Positions 1 to 14,112 are shown, counted from the first letter of the whole stretch. The stretch: DNA of 63,450 nucleotides, filler included, from Octopus bimaculoides (GCF_001194135.2; 6 parts of 6 records of this genome joined end to end with filler, not necessarily neighbours in it), one strand, 5' to 3'. Notes: generated by a model from the sequence alone, not told the origin. Numbers and translations: made by a program.

Positions 1-147
1 ATATATATACATGTATGTATGTATGTATGTATGTATGTATGTGTAGCTGTAATGCATGAATTTATATGAAGCATAAATATATGCATTTTAATATTTGTAA
101 TATATACATGCATATATACATACATGTAATATATACATACATATATA

Positions 148-530
148 GGCGTAGGAGTGGCTCTGTGGTAAGTAGCTTGCTTACCAATCACATGGTTCCG
201 GGTTCAGTCCCACTGCGTGACACCTTGGGCAACTGTTTTCTACTATAGCCACGGGCCGACCAAAGCCTTGTGANNNNNNNNNNTGACACCTTGGGCAACT
301 GTTTTCTACTATAGCCACGGGCCGACCAAAGCCTTGTGAGTGGATTTGGTAGACGGAAACTGAAAGAAGCCCGTCGTATATATATGCATATATATATATG
401 TGTCTGTGTTTGTCCCCCCTCCCCCCGAACGTCGCTTGACAACCGATGCTGGTGTGTTTACGTACCCGTAACTTAGAGGTTCGGCAAAAGTGACCGATAG
501 TCAAATGACTGAAACAAGTAAAAGAGTAAA
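148..530 (+). mobile_element. tRNA-derived SINE, family A (dominant family in window), near full length
   Basis: A/B-box-like head (GGAGTGGCTCTGTGGTAAG...GGTTCAGTCC), body GGCCGACCAAAGCCTTGTGAGTGGATTTGGTAGACGGAAACTG, internal (TA)n, tail GTCAAATGACTGAAACAAG; many homologous copies elsewhere in the window. Confidence 0.9.
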
Positions 531-592
531 TGAGTTTACAACCCACCCCCCACATACACATGCACGCACGCATGCGCATACACTCATATGTA

Positions 593-1875
593 TTGGGTTG
601 GCAAGAAAGTAATTTCGGTTTTTTAGTGTGAAATGAAAGTCATTTTGTTTTTTCGTACGAAGAATGAACTTTAATCAATTCTTTCATTTTGTTCAATGGC
701 CTTTTGCCAACTTTCTGGCAACTTCATAATTCCGCGCTCATAGAATTTCTGGTCCTTATCAGCCAAAAACTGAAGCAAGTGCGATTCAGGTCATCATCAT
801 TATTGAAAGTTTTACCAGTCAAAAAATTTTGCAAACTTCGAAATAAATGGTAATCTGATGGTGCAAGGTCAGGGTTATATGGTGGATGCGACACCATTTG
901 CCAACCAAGCTCCAATAATTTTTCACGAATTAACAAAGACAAGTGTAGTTTAGCGTTGTCATAGTGGATCACGATTCTTTTACAATTTGCTAAATCTGGC
1001 CGTTTTTCTTTGATTGCTTCCTCCAGTTTCATTAGTTGTTGAGAGTAAACATCTGAATTGATCGTTTGGTTCCGTGGAAGCAGCTCAAAATACACAATAT
1101 CTTTGTAATCCCACCAAATTGACAGCATGACCTTTTCTTTTGATGCAATTCAGCTGTCGATGTGTCTTGTGCTGGTTCATTACACTTGGATCACGATCGT
1201 TTTCGATTGATGTTATTGTAGACGATCCATTTTTCATCACCGGTGATGATTCGTTTCAAGAAAAGGTCGATTTCATTGCGTTTGAGATGCATATCGCAAA
1301 TATTGATAAGTTGTGTTGAGTGAATCTCTATCAATTTATGTGGAACCCAAATATCGAGATTCTTAACGGATCCAAGACATTTTAAGGGATTTTCAATTGT
1401 TATGTGTAATACATTTAACCTCTCTGCGGTCCTTCGCACAGTTATATAATCAGATTCAATTATGGCTTTGATTCGGTCACCATCAACTTCAGTAAGTCGA
1501 CAAGAACGTTGGTCATCTTTGAGTGAAAAATCTCCAGAACAGAATTTTTTAAAACCATTTCTGACACGCACGTTCCGCTAAGCAATCAGCACCATAAACT
1601 CCACATATTTCTTTGTGATCCTCTGCAGCTTTCTTGCCTTTACGGGAATAAAAAAGCAAAATATAGCGAAAATCTTGGTTTTTGCCCGCCATGTTTAAAC
1701 TGACACTGAACTAACAACAGCTGTAAGCAAAATTACGCGTAATCTGCTTCTAAAGCAAGCTAAAAGTAACGGCTATCAAATGTGAAAAAGAAAAATCATA
1801 ACATTGACAAAAGTCATTAAAGAAAATTGTAACTGTCTATTCGCGAGAAACGAAATTACTTTCTTGCCAGCCCTA
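593..1875 (-). mobile_element. Mariner DNA transposon, full length (1283 bp), transposase pseudogenised
   Basis: TIR TTGGGTTGGCAAGAAAGTAATTTCG at 593 and its near-perfect reverse complement ending 1875, flanked by TA (591-592, 1876-1877); translations contain ITGDEKW, HYDNAKLH and HPPYNPDLAPSDYHLFRSL (D,D34D); ORF split by stops and frameshifts (ATG about 1692). Confidence 0.96.
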
Positions 1876-1974
1876 TATATGTATATTGAGAAAATGATAT
1901 GCCCAATTTAATCAATGTATCTGCATGTGTGCGCGTGTGTGTGTGTATATATGTATTTTTTAAATTTTTTTTAT

Positions 1975-2380
1975 GTGTTTCAGCCAAGTGGCTGCGGTCA
2001 TGCTGGTGCAATCATTAGACCCCGGCCATTCTGGAGTACCGCCTTGAAGAATTTTTAGTCGAATGAATCGTTCGCAGTTACTCTTTTTCTTTTTTTATCA
2101 AGCCTTGTTCTTATTCTATCGGTCTGTTTTGACGAACCGCTAAGTCACTGAGGAGGTAAACAAATCAATACAGTTTGTCAAGCGGAAGCGAGGACAAATA
2201 CAGACACAAAGGAACACGCACACAAACACACATGCACGCGCGCAATCCATATATATACATATATACATACTTATACACACGACGGGCTTCTTTCAGTTTC
2301 CGTCTAACAAATCCAAGGTGCCAGGAAGTAGTACTGAGCCCAATGGTTGGGAAGCAAGTTTCTTACCGCACAGCCATACT
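1975..2380 (-). mobile_element. SINE family A, internally deleted copy
   Basis: Reverse complement of tail (1975-2200) and head (2281-2380) of the 148-530 family. Confidence 0.8.
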
Positions 2381-2419
2381 TTATATTACATGTATATATT
2401 TATTGGTACGCAAACAAAC

Positions 2420-2655
2420 CAACACCGATTTTGAAGTGGTAGCTTGTTGGTGGGGGGGGGGAACAGAAACACAAAGAGACAGACACACAGATACATTTAC
2501 GTGACGGGCCTTCACACAGTTTCTGTCAACCAAATTCACTCTTGATTTATTGATCATCCCGAGTTTATAGCCGAAGATACTTGCCCAAGGTGCCACGCTG
2601 TGGGATTGAACCCGAAATCATGCAGTTGTGAAGCGATTTTCTTAACCCCACAGCA
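2420..2655 (-). mobile_element. SINE family A, partial degenerate copy
   Basis: GAAGATACTTGCCCAAGGTGCCACGCTGTGGGATTGAACCCG is the reverse complement of the family head. Confidence 0.75.
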
Positions 2656-4062
2656 TTGGCAGAAGCTATGTTAACAACTGTGAGATGGCTGGTTATGGTG
2701 CTGGGCTTGCAAATGTTTGGGTATGGGTCGGATTCTAGGCAGGTGAGATGTGCTGTGTTATTGAGCAAGTTTGTTTTCCTTTACGCTGTTTAAACTGAAA
2801 TATCCAAACCATATTTCACCAAGACTCCACCCATATATTTATTTTTCTAAGAACCTACAACGTTTCACAGTACACACACACACACANNNNNNNNNNNNNN
2901 NNNNNNNNNNNNNNNNNNNNNNNNNNNNNNNNNNNNNNNNNNNNNNNNNNNNNNNNNNNNNNNNNNNNNNNNNNNNNNNNNNNNNNNNNNNNNNNNNNNN
3001 NNNNNNNNNNNNNNNNNNNNNNNNNNNNNNNNNNNNNNNNNNNNNNNNNNNNNNNNNNNNNNNNNNNNNNNNNNNNNNNNNNNNNNNNNNNNNNNNNNNN
3101 NNNNNCTTAGCTTCAGGGTAGAATTTTTTTACCTACGCTACTTCTAAGTCATAAGCATTGCATATTTTTATATCAGATAAAGCTTGCTCGTTTATTTTTA
3201 AAGTGAGTTACTTATCTGAAATCTCACATGTTCACTTATGTTTTATTCCTAGTCAGTACGAGGAAAGTAAATAATTTTAAACTACTTAATAATATAAAGT
3301 ACGAATCACATTTCTTGAGTGAATTTAACCCAGTCGCATGTGACTGAAAGTTTTGATCGCCATTGTAAATGTTTTTAGATATATAATTATGCGTGACAAA
3401 AAAAAAAAAAAAAGCATACTTCCACATTTTGCTTATTCGACCGAAGATTGGACAGAAATATTCTGAAACTTATGAAGTATAACCAAATAAAGTATTACAT
3501 TATGGTATAGAAGAACCTTTCAAAAGGAAACGCTTGCCAGGAGCAACTTCTGTGAGAAGCTAGGTTATACGAATCACTCATTTCAATTTTAGATGAGAAT
3601 ATGAAAGTGCAAAATTATTTGGTTTAATACACTCTACTTAGAATTTGATATCTCAGCTAATATAAACAACAATTTTTATTCGCTAGTAAAGTACTATTTT
3701 CACATACATATTACTATTAGCACTTTAACACACACAGCATGAATGTTAGCTATTCATGGATAGAGAACATCGATTTTTCGAGCTATAATTCACTAAGTAC
3801 GAGACAAATAGAGGATTAGAATAATGCCTCTAATTTCTCAGAACAACTAACGCTATTCAATTTTCTTTTAATTCTAAACTTGAAATACAGGATTATATAT
3901 AATTTTATAATATTTTTGCTCTGTGATAAAAACGCACGAAATATAAATTCTAAAATAAATGAATATAGTTTGTTTAGAATAAATACTCAGCAATGAGGAA
4001 GTAAAATATAAAACTACGTGACCATGTGACTGACCAGATTATGAGATCAATAGTCACAATCT

Positions 4063-4300
4063 ATTGTCACACTCTGTGTCACGCTGAAGTTCCCTGAGAA
4101 GTATTTGAAGGGATACGCGTGTCTGTTGGTGTGTTGTGTCCTTGAGCAAGACACTTCATTTCATGTTGTTCCAGTCCACTCAATTGGCAAAAATGAGTTG
4201 TGCCTGTATTTCAAGGGTCCAGCATTGTCACATTTTGTGTCACGCTGAAGCTCCCTGAGAAGTATCTGAAGGGGTACGCGTGTCTGTGGAGTGCTATATG
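4063..4300 (+). mobile_element. SINE family C fragments in tail-head-tail arrangement
   Basis: 64-bp tail segment at 4063-4126 repeated at 4224-4287 around the body motif GTGTTGTGTCCTTGAGCAAGACACT, also seen at 46.3-46.8 kb and 50.9-51.1 kb. Confidence 0.65.
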
Positions 4301-4513
4301 TATGAATCCGAAGACATATCGATTCATTAGAAAAACTACACACGAAATACTAATGTGCGCATAACCAGGTAGAGAGCGTCTTACATATACTGTAATAGAC
4401 AGAAAAACACCGACAGAAACATACAAAAATACAAACTAAGAGAAATACATACAAATACTTGAAACCGCATATAACGCGCAAAAAGGCACACACGACACAC
4501 TAAATACACACGC

Positions 4514-4552
<39 letters not shown>

Positions 4553-4614
4553 NNNNNNNNNNNNNNNNNNNNNNNNNNNNNNNNNNNNNNNNNNNNNNNN
4601 NNNNNNNNNNNNNN

Positions 4615-4653
<39 letters not shown>

Positions 4654-4972
4654 GCACACACACTCACATATATCTATATAAATGCATTCACACACATATA
4701 TATAAATAGATCTACACACACATATATAGTTGCACATACGTAAATAGATGCTCACACACATACACACACACACATATATATATATATGCACACACACACA
4801 TACACACACACACACACACATATATATAGATGCACACACATGTAATCTACATTGGGAGCGTTGTTACTATTATTCGCTAGAGGCCAATCATAGAACACTA
4901 GGGATACTACCAAGATTTATGTATTATACAAACACACGCTTATACACATACCTACATAAGAACACACACACA

Positions 4973-5028
<56 letters not shown>

Positions 5029-5602
5029 CATACAAGTGTCTATGTGTATATGTTTTTATGTGCGTATGAATGTATGCGTGTATGAGTGTATGGGTATGTG
5101 TATGTATATATGTATTATGTACATTAGTGAAAATAAATTGCAATCAATCACAGTTCCTTTCAGGATAAGACAAGCAATCAAAGAGATTATCTGCTTCGTG
5201 CAATCAATTCTTCCGGTTAATATTTTCTTTAGGGATATTAGCGACACCAATTACATTGAGTACCATTTCGAACGAACGTTTTTATTCTCTTCACTCCCTC
5301 TCGTTGTCTGACTGTTGTTTGTTTGCTTCTCTCTCTCACTCTCTCTCTTTCTCTCTCTGTCTCTTTCCCTATCTCTCTGTCTCTCTGTTTCTCGCTCTCT
5401 AGCTCTGTTCGGTTAGTTCTCCTTCTTTCTCTGTCTCCTTATTTCTCTCTCTCTCTCTCTTTCTTTCTCTCTCTCGTTCTCTATCTCTCTCTCTCTCTCT
5501 CTCACCTATTGCACTCACGACCACAATAACAATTACATCAAAGCAACAGAAGACACACATGCACACATACACGCACGCACGCACATACACACACATACAC
5601 AT

Positions 5603-5635
<33 letters not shown>

Positions 5636-5844
5636 AACACGTACGCACACACACATCCAGCCCACACACGCTTGATCGCGCGGAAATATTCATATGAAAC
5701 TATGTTTGTACGTACGTAGACACACACACACACACACANNNNNNNNNNNNNNNNNNNNNNNNNNNNNNNNNNNNNNNNNNNNNNNNNNNNNNNNNNNNNN
5801 NNNNNNNNNNNNNNNNNNNNNNNNNNNNNNNNNNNNNNNNNNNN

Positions 5845-5913
<69 letters not shown>

Positions 5914-7141
5914 CACTCACACTCGGTGACGCACTCAATATATATTTGCATTTTTAAATAGTTGCTGAATGCCACTTTTCCCAGCCTCAAGGCTTGCTGA
6001 AATACTATTTTAATAAATCGAAGTCACAACCACCATCTGTTCATATAATAAATTTGGCTTTATATTCTGTATTCAGTTCTTTTCACAGCAAATGCTATAC
6101 GTCCCATAACAAGGCCTTACCTTAATACATGTGAGATGTCTGCATGAGTTTGTGCACATACGTACGTACATAATTATATATGCATACACATACATATATG
6201 TATATACGTATGTCAAGTGTACAACTGGTTTCTTGTAAGAAGAAGACCTTATGCAAATCTGATGTAAACCTTTACATTCATCAGACCTGTAGCATGTAAA
6301 TGATGAATTCTATTATAAAGATTTATATGTAAACCAGTGGGACTCGTGGAAATTTTACAGAACGAAAAAGATTAAGAAAAGCTATTCAAGAAAGAAAGGA
6401 TGATTTACATTTTATTTTTATTTCGCTAAGTCATTTCGCTTCCAGTCACAATAATTTTAAAATTAAAATATTTTTCTCTGCTGAGCACTTTGTATTTCTC
6501 TTTTTCTCTCTACCTCTTCAACAAACATTTTAACCGTGTACTTCCCCTCTTCATGTCTTTAACATTTTCTCTCTTTCTTTTCACCTCTCACTTTCACTAA
6601 CCACATGAGTGATAGCATAATGCATCGGCTGGCTATCTGCACTTTCACTCACTCTCATATTTCCTCTTCCTCCCTCTCACTCCTCCTCCTCATCATCTTC
6701 CTCCTCCTCCTCTCTAAAAGACTAAAACGTAAAGTGTGAACGAACAGGTAGAAGAATAATATTATAGGTTTAGTTCAATAAAAAAAATTCTTTTCACTAT
6801 CAACAAAACACCACTACCACCACCATCATCATCACTATAGGACTCAGTAACAAAGCTCATTTCATTTCATTGCATTTCATTGCTGTCGATGTAGTATTTT
6901 ACAAACGTATAGCGAGTCCCACATACGACAGTTTTTCAAAATATCATACAGGCATGGAGTTACGATTTTATGCACTCAACAAAGAATTATTGTAAAATTA
7001 AAAGTGCTGCTAATGTAAAAAGAAATAGATCGGTGAAGCTATTTTTTCGTTTTCTGAGAAAGCAACGCGCTTTGAACTTACGACACATTTGCATAATAGC
7101 GACGAGATATATATATATATATATATTTTTTTTTTTTTTAA

Positions 7142-7343
7142 ATTTCAGCTTAGAGCTGCGGCCATGCTGATGCACCACCGTGTTGCTACACTGTTATTAC
7201 AGGGAGCCTCTTACAATATGTGGCACTTGGTGAAGAATGGAGTTTGATTTAGCAAACCTCATTTGCACCTCCTGCCGCGAGGTAGGTTCATCTGGGACTC
7301 TCGATAGGAAGAGGTCCAGCTTTGATTTAAAAACTCCTACATC
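7142..7343 (-). mobile_element. 3' end of a CR1-group LINE (ORF2 C-terminus plus 3' UTR)
   Basis: Minus-strand translation DVGVFKSKLDLFLSRVPDEPTSRQEVQMRFAKSNSILHQVPHIVRGSL*, then tail CAGCATGGCCGCAGCTCTAAGCTGAAA; second copy at 63368-63450. Confidence 0.7.
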
Positions 7344-7443
7344 NNNNNNNNNNNNNNNNNNNNNNNNNNNNNNNNNNNNNNNNNNNNTTAATTAATTAAN
7401 NNNNNNNNNNNNNNNNNNNNNNNNNNNNNNNNNNNNNNNNNNN
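7344..7443. other. Artificial scaffold-join gap: 44 N + TTAATTAATTAA + 44 N
   Basis: Identical 100-bp construct at 7344-7443, 19143-19242, 44943-45042, 57190-57289 and 62243-62342; the linker has stops in all six frames. Confidence 0.95.
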
Positions 7444-7488
<45 letters not shown>

Positions 7489-9078
7489 CTCATTATTTAA
7501 ACACCACAGTCCAACAAATACCATTGGAGCATTTCCATGTTTATATAACTAGCGCTTATAACGGTCGAATGGTAATAGTCTGGCTATAAAATCGTTGGAC
7601 AAAATATCATAGACTACATAAAAACATAACATAATTGCATCGGGATTTTCTTGATGAGCGAATACTGGAATATTTGTTTTGTAAACAGATATCTTGGAAC
7701 ACAATTTAATTAATCAGGAATCTAATGTTTATTTATTACAAAATGTAACATTTCCAGATATAACTTTTTTATATTTTGGAAGATAGAATTTCATTGCAAT
7801 ATTTGCAGGAATTTTGTTTTCTATGTATATATAATGTATGTATGTATGTATGTATGTATGTATGTATGTACTTATGTATGTATGTGTTTATGTATATACA
7901 CATATATATTAAATAGTTCGAATTTTCTGCCAACCTGCGCACGCACATTGTAGATTCGTTAATATATGTCATTAGCATCACGATGTATATCATTTTCCAT
8001 GGAAAATCGGTAATATTAGTTATATCATATAAATTATAAATATATATTCTGTTCTGTACAGAGAAATACACATTTTATTCTGACAATCATTCCTATTTAT
8101 AATCATATAGTTATAAATATGGTGAGCAGGATGAGTCGAGTATTTTGATGCCAGCATTTCATGTGTTCGGTTTTGTATTGATCAGCATAATAACATATTA
8201 TATTTAAGTCAACGCTTATGACTACACATAATGTAACAAGACATAAACACATTCAGTCTGTGTGCAGCTTTAGCTACACAAATTAATAATATCAATTCTC
8301 ATTAATGTTTAGTCCAACGAGACCTTAAAAGGTTACATAGAATGTCAAGCGGTATTTGTGCCAACTCTGAGCGCTCTACGTTACCGCCGAAGTCAGAGTT
8401 GCTGTCGAGATTAGAGTTTCATGATCGATATATGAGTACGAATCTGTGGCTTAGATTAGTGGAAAAGTGAAGTATTTTGAATGGCTGCCTTGTGGTATTG
8501 GTACCTTGGGTTACTGCATGGTAGACGTATTTCGCCACCGCTTTAACAGCATGAGCTGCTATATTGGGTAATTTTAATAGAACTTTTTGTTTTGAAAACA
8601 TTCGTACCACCACATTTAGCGATAAATACCCAACTCTTCCTACCATATTTAGATCTGTAAAGGATTATGTGCAATTACATAGTTCGTCAAAATATAAAAT
8701 AAATATAATGTCGGAACTGAGATATTGGGAAAATCGTTTTATCTCTCTATCAGCTGCAAGTTATCATCCTTATGAAACTTGGGCGACAAGGTTGGCTTTC
8801 TGACGAACGATTTATGCGATCATTTGCTGGAGGTATGTAACAAAGCCTGTGGAGACCAGGAATTTAACATGCATTTTCCACATCTTGCTCTGGAGTATTT
8901 TCCAATGGATTCTCTCTAACACGACACGTAAATACAAAAAATTATGCTCTGTCGGAATCAAACTGTGCACTGTGTGCCGCCTTGTCTCAGTTGCTTGCTT
9001 ATTTCAAGCTTCAGTTCATTTTTCCACATGCTATCTTGAAAATGTATATTCATTCCTGTAGTTATATGAGCATACCTA

Positions 9079-9837
9079 CGAGGGGATACCCAACAGTTAC
9101 AAGAAACGCTCTTTGTGGGACAAACCCCTTGTAGTTCAGGCTTCCGCTGTTAGAAGCCACTTGATACGACATTCAGGCATCACTGTGCCGACCGGCGTTG
9201 TCTAGTAGGGTCATACTGTTTTGCAGTGCGTTATTGTTTTGCAGTGCTTCTCTCCGGTTAGACGATTTTTGCGATGTCTGAAACGAAGAAACCTCGTGCT
9301 TCCATGCAATTCTGTTTTCTGCTAGGGAAAACGGCAGCCGAAACAGTTGTCATGCTTCACACAGCTAACACGGCCACTGCCATGAGCAAAACATAGGATT
9401 ACAAGTGGCTTTCACGTTTAGGAATGGTCACTTGTCACTTGAAGACCAATTTCGTTTAGGGTGACAGTTGGCCACCCGATCGATTAAAATCATCCTGAAA
9501 ATTCATGAACTAATCTTGGAGGACTGTCAACGTGCAATAGTTGAATATGTTGAAATCATTGGTATGTCCTGGAGCTTTTACCAAAGAATTTTGAGCAAGG
9601 AATTGCGAATGAAAAGAGCTGTAAAAAAATTTGTACCTCGTTTACTCGTGGAAGATCAAAACAAGTCACAACTGAATGCGTGTTGATCCAGACCTTTTTT
9701 TTATCAAGGTCATCACCGGCGATGAAGGCTGGTGCTACGGAATTTTTAGATGTGGGAAAGGTGAAGAAAAACACGACGAAGAGTTAAAAGACATCACTTC
9801 GCAAGAGTTCCAGGACTGGTATATGCATGGAAAATGA

Positions 9838-9838
<1 letters not shown>
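9079..9838 (+). mobile_element. Mariner relic with internal deletion, 3' TIR missing
   Basis: TA+CGAGGGG start; ATG 9274 MSETKKPRASMQFCFLLGKTAAETVVML; KKFVPRLL; ITGDEGWCYG then a jump at about 9740 to C-terminal KELKDITSQEFQD. Confidence 0.85.
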
Positions 9839-9912
<74 letters not shown>

Positions 9913-10779
9913 TATATATATCTATATATAAATCTATCTATCTGCAGAAGTTAAATATAAGGCGACAATAGAAAAAGATACAGTGCTGTTTAACATGGTG
10001 AATATGCATTAAGTGATGTTAATGCTTTCACAAACTGAATAAACCATCTGATAAGAAATTGGTAAACAATACTCGATTGAAAGAAGAAATTTAGCATAAA
10101 CGGTCAAACTCAGAAAGATTGACCAGAGGTTATGATTAAAGATCGAAAGAACTATTTTCTATTCCTAAAATATATATTTGATACATATTCCGTGCATTGT
10201 GTATTCATAAATGTTTAACAATATTGTCTAAATTTAACCAAACATTTAGAGACACAATGACAAATTGAAGGTAGTTAACCTATGAGTGGTAACCCAGTTT
10301 ACTTTAATAATGATAAAAGTTTCTGGTAAGAAATGTTACATATCGTAAAATATAAAATCTCGATTTTATATAACGTTTGATGTTTCTTCTACGATAACAT
10401 TTTAAATAAGAAATCGTAAATTATTTTATTTAAATGCTCCAATTTTACTCCTTTTGAATCTCACATCAAATGTATCGACCATGGTTTCATTACAGTCACA
10501 AAAACATGAGCACACTCTTTACTCTTTATTCTTTACTCAGCATGGTTAGTTACAACCTGTTTCGCAAAGGCCGCATAATGTAGGCGGTCAAATGGTCTAA
10601 GTTCGCGCAAGCATTTCAGCAATTCCTTGCAATTATTTGAAACAATCACAGTATGAGGTGTAACATTTCTTGCTAGATGCATCGCCAAACTGATGGAGCC
10701 CTGTGTCAGAAAAATCTGGAACTACTGGAACTGTCACAGTTTTATTCAAACTTCACAATTTGATATATCCCCGCTCCAG

Positions 10780-12075
10780 CTGTTATGTCCAAATTATTAT
10801 ACTCACAGAAACATGGGCACACTCTATACTCTGTGATGGTGTTTTCAGCATTGCTAGCTACAACTTGTTACGCAAAGACGGCATTAAGTGTCATGAGGGT
10901 GGTGTGATGGTGTATGTTCGCTCAAACATTTCGGGAATCCCTTGCGATCATTTCAACCAATCACAGCAAGTGGTATAACACTTCTAATTGTAGTTGTTTT
11001 TACCCCCAACACTATCAAGACACAAAGCCGTTTGACATCCTCAGAGTTGCATCCAGGTAAACAGTTTCTTGAAGATATCACTCGGATTACTGATGGTTTC
11101 TCTTGAGTGTATGCTATTTTTTTGACTTTCCGAAGGCCTTCAATTCTGGGTTACACAAGCGATTTATGAGAAAACTCTCTTCAACAGGTGTGAAAGACAA
11201 TCTTTATAACTGATTGAAGACCTCTATTTACAATCGGAATTATGTAGTTACACTTCTAGGACAGCATTTGTCACCCTATGAGATGTTATCTGGTGTACCA
11301 CAGGTGTCTGTTCTTGGACACCTGGCATTTGTTGCAGATACAGACATAGATGCCAACTTGAAGAATGTTACTATGCTGACATCAAGCTGTATCTTGAGAT
11401 AAAAAGAGCGGATCATATACGCTATATATCTTTCATGTAATCTCGCCTGGACACAAATGTAGCAATTTATTACTGGCTGGTAACTCAAACTGACTGTGGA
11501 CAAGTGTGTGTCCATGCATTTTCGGAGGAAAATTCAGGTTTTACATATTCCGCAAAAAAACACCAGTCTTGTGACGTTTCCTTGTCAACGCGACCTGGGC
11601 ATTACTTTCAGCAGTGAGTTACGTTTGACAAACTGCACATCTAAAATTGTCAAGAAGCCACAAGGTGCCTTAACGTCACTCAGTAAGACCTGTATCAGCC
11701 GCTTTCCACTGATGTATGGCTATGGTATGACCACACTTAAATTTGTATCACCAGTCTGAGGCACTTACCTTGCTCTGCATATCAGTCTCCTGAAAACTGT
11801 TCAAAATGGAGGACAAAGACGTTTACCCGTCGTCAGGCATCTATCATACTGTGAAAAACTTACTTCATTGGGGTATAACACAATAAAGTACCGACGTCTG
11901 GTAAATGATTTAGTAGGCACACACATGGTTATCAACCATTTCTCTAACACCAGTCTTGGGTACCGTTTTGAATTCCATAGGTCTAACACTTGTGGACAGT
12001 CTTTCAAAATCAAAAACAACAACACAGCTCCCATATATTTAACAAACATATTTCCATGCGGAAACATGGAATAAA
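10780..12075 (+). mobile_element. Degenerate CR1-clade LINE ORF2 with large internal deletion
   Basis: APE N-terminus IIILTETW...YNLLRKD...GGVMVYVRSNI, then RT motifs DFPKAF, SGVPQVSVLG, DKCVSMHF, QRDLGITFSSEL, RRLVNDLV; many stops and frameshifts. Confidence 0.88.
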
Positions 12076-13035
12076 CTACTCGCATTAGTTGTTGATCGTC
12101 GGGATACCCCATCCTTTAAAACTTCCGTGTTTGCTGAAATTCGCCAAAACTCACCTGATGGCCTCCACTTTTTTAGCAACTCATTCTATTCTGTTGTATG
12201 TATTCTTCATGCAGTTTTGGGTACTTTTTACTACAATAATTTCCACTATAATATGTAATAATGAATTACTCTAAAATTGTCCACTTATATGTTGAAAGTA
12301 TAAGCAATTCCAATATATAGATGATTTTTGAAACACAATACAAAAGTTAGGAAATATCCAATATCAAATATCTCACTAAACCACGTTGACAGTTATAGGC
12401 CATTCATATAATTTCACAGTCTTAACTATTCTGATGCATATTAACCAAGAACTACACAACTCCTGTTGCTACAAGTAAAGAGAATCCTTTTGAAAATGTA
12501 TAAACTGATAAATTAAAACAAAACAAACGAAATTTCTGAAATGACAACGTAATCAGATTTGCAATCGCCAGCTGTGCAGTAATATTATATGAAGAGGTTT
12601 TTGCAACTAATACATCTTTTCATAGATAGCTCCTTATCCACTCAGAAATCTAGACAGGACCATTACGCAAATGTTCAGTGTTGTGACAGATGTCGGCATA
12701 CTAAGTTTTAATTGAAAAACTAATATCAATATAATATTAAATATAGAACTGTAATATCATTTTCTTTAATATGACTGAAACCTTTTGAATATGACCATTG
12801 ACAACAATATATGAGTGTGTGTATACATATAATATTTACATATATTTGCGTGTATGTACGTGTGTGCGTGTGTGCGTGTGTGTGTGCGCGCCGTGTTTAT
12901 TTGTGTCTATGTGTGATTGTGTGTGATTCTGTGTATTCTGTAGATTCTAAGTTTCAACATTTCTTATACGTCTTGTGTATCATGTTTTCAATTTCTATTT
13001 CTTCCACCAATTCCCCCCTACTTCTTCATAACATA

Positions 13036-13935
13036 CGAAGGTCAGGTATAAGGTCATCGGCTGATCAAGATACGTCCAATGAATGTGACCAAATGAGCTT
13101 TACTTATCAGCATAAGCCTCATTGCCGTCCACACGCTTATTCTGTCGTTGTTGCAGTGCTTCGATCAATTGCTGAAGAAGCTTTCATTCTGCTCGCCAAA
13201 AAGTCATCAACAGTAGATATAACAACATCATCACTGCGATTCTTCTTCCCAGTCAAGTTTTTTTTTTATGTTGGGGAACAGTGATAATCAGTTGGGGCGA
13301 AACCAAGAGAGTAGTGAGGATGATCATCGGTACAAAGCAACAGTCATGCACAACAGTTTTTGAAAGCAAGGTCTTCTGTGATAGCCTTTCATTGTCCTGT
13401 GAGAGCCTTTCTGAAGTACCTCATCGAGTTGGCATAGCACTTTCCATTGATTGCTTGGTCCTATAAACGCAATGCTTTGTGCAACACCCAGAACTAAGGG
13501 TCTCACTTACCCTACAAATGAAACGACAATAACAGTCTTTGGAACAAATGAGGAGTGGTGTTTGCACTGCTTGGAGCGTCTCTTTATCCAAAGTGATGAC
13601 TCCATAACACCTATCCTGGTTTATGGACCATTCAAAATGACCAGCTAGACATGCCTCAAACAGTGTCAGATTTCCCGGTCTGCTGTACTTTTGATCAGGT
13701 GTCACAAGATGTAGGAACCACCGAGGAGAATCCTTCATTGTGCAAAGTTCATTATGAGGAATATTCTCAAACCCCTTGCGAGATATGCTAATAGCATTGG
13801 CTGTCTAATTTGTAGTTAATTGCCTGTCATCTATCACCATGTGGTGAACAGGATAAATGTTTTCCTCAGTGGTGGCAGTTGCAGAACATCCTGTCCTTGG
13901 ACCATCAAGACTCACTGTTACCCTCCTAAATTCAC
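13036..13935 (-). mobile_element. Mariner relic (irritans/Hsmar2-like by motif resemblance), 5' truncated
   Basis: Minus-strand translation GPRTGCSATATTEENIYPVHHMVIDDRQLT...PRWFLHLVTPDQK and DHPHYSLGFAPTDYH...RSDDVVISTVDDF; TIR-like end plus TA at 13034-13035. Confidence 0.85.
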
Positions 13936-14112
13936 CTAACAGTAAAAAGGAAAATTTTGTTTCTTTATTATTTGTTATCTTATTCCTCACAGATCTGGTC
14001 CCCTAAGCGTAACTTTACCTTCCGCTTGGGCTCCCTAGCAATGAAATAAATAACTGCATATATGGCTCAAATGTAACGATTTCATGCGAACAAATTGATA
14101 GAATTGGCAGCA

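Noticed and set aside
218-339. Exact 56-bp direct repeat inside a SINE
   Set aside because: The copies (218-273, 284-339) flank a 10-N gap exactly; this is an unmerged contig overlap.
6258-6290. Hairpin next to a minus-strand CUGAUGA
   Set aside because: The GAAA half of the core is missing.
7388-7399. TTAATTAATTAA recurring five times
   Set aside because: Always centred in 44+44 N; an assembly linker with six-frame stops, not a biological motif.
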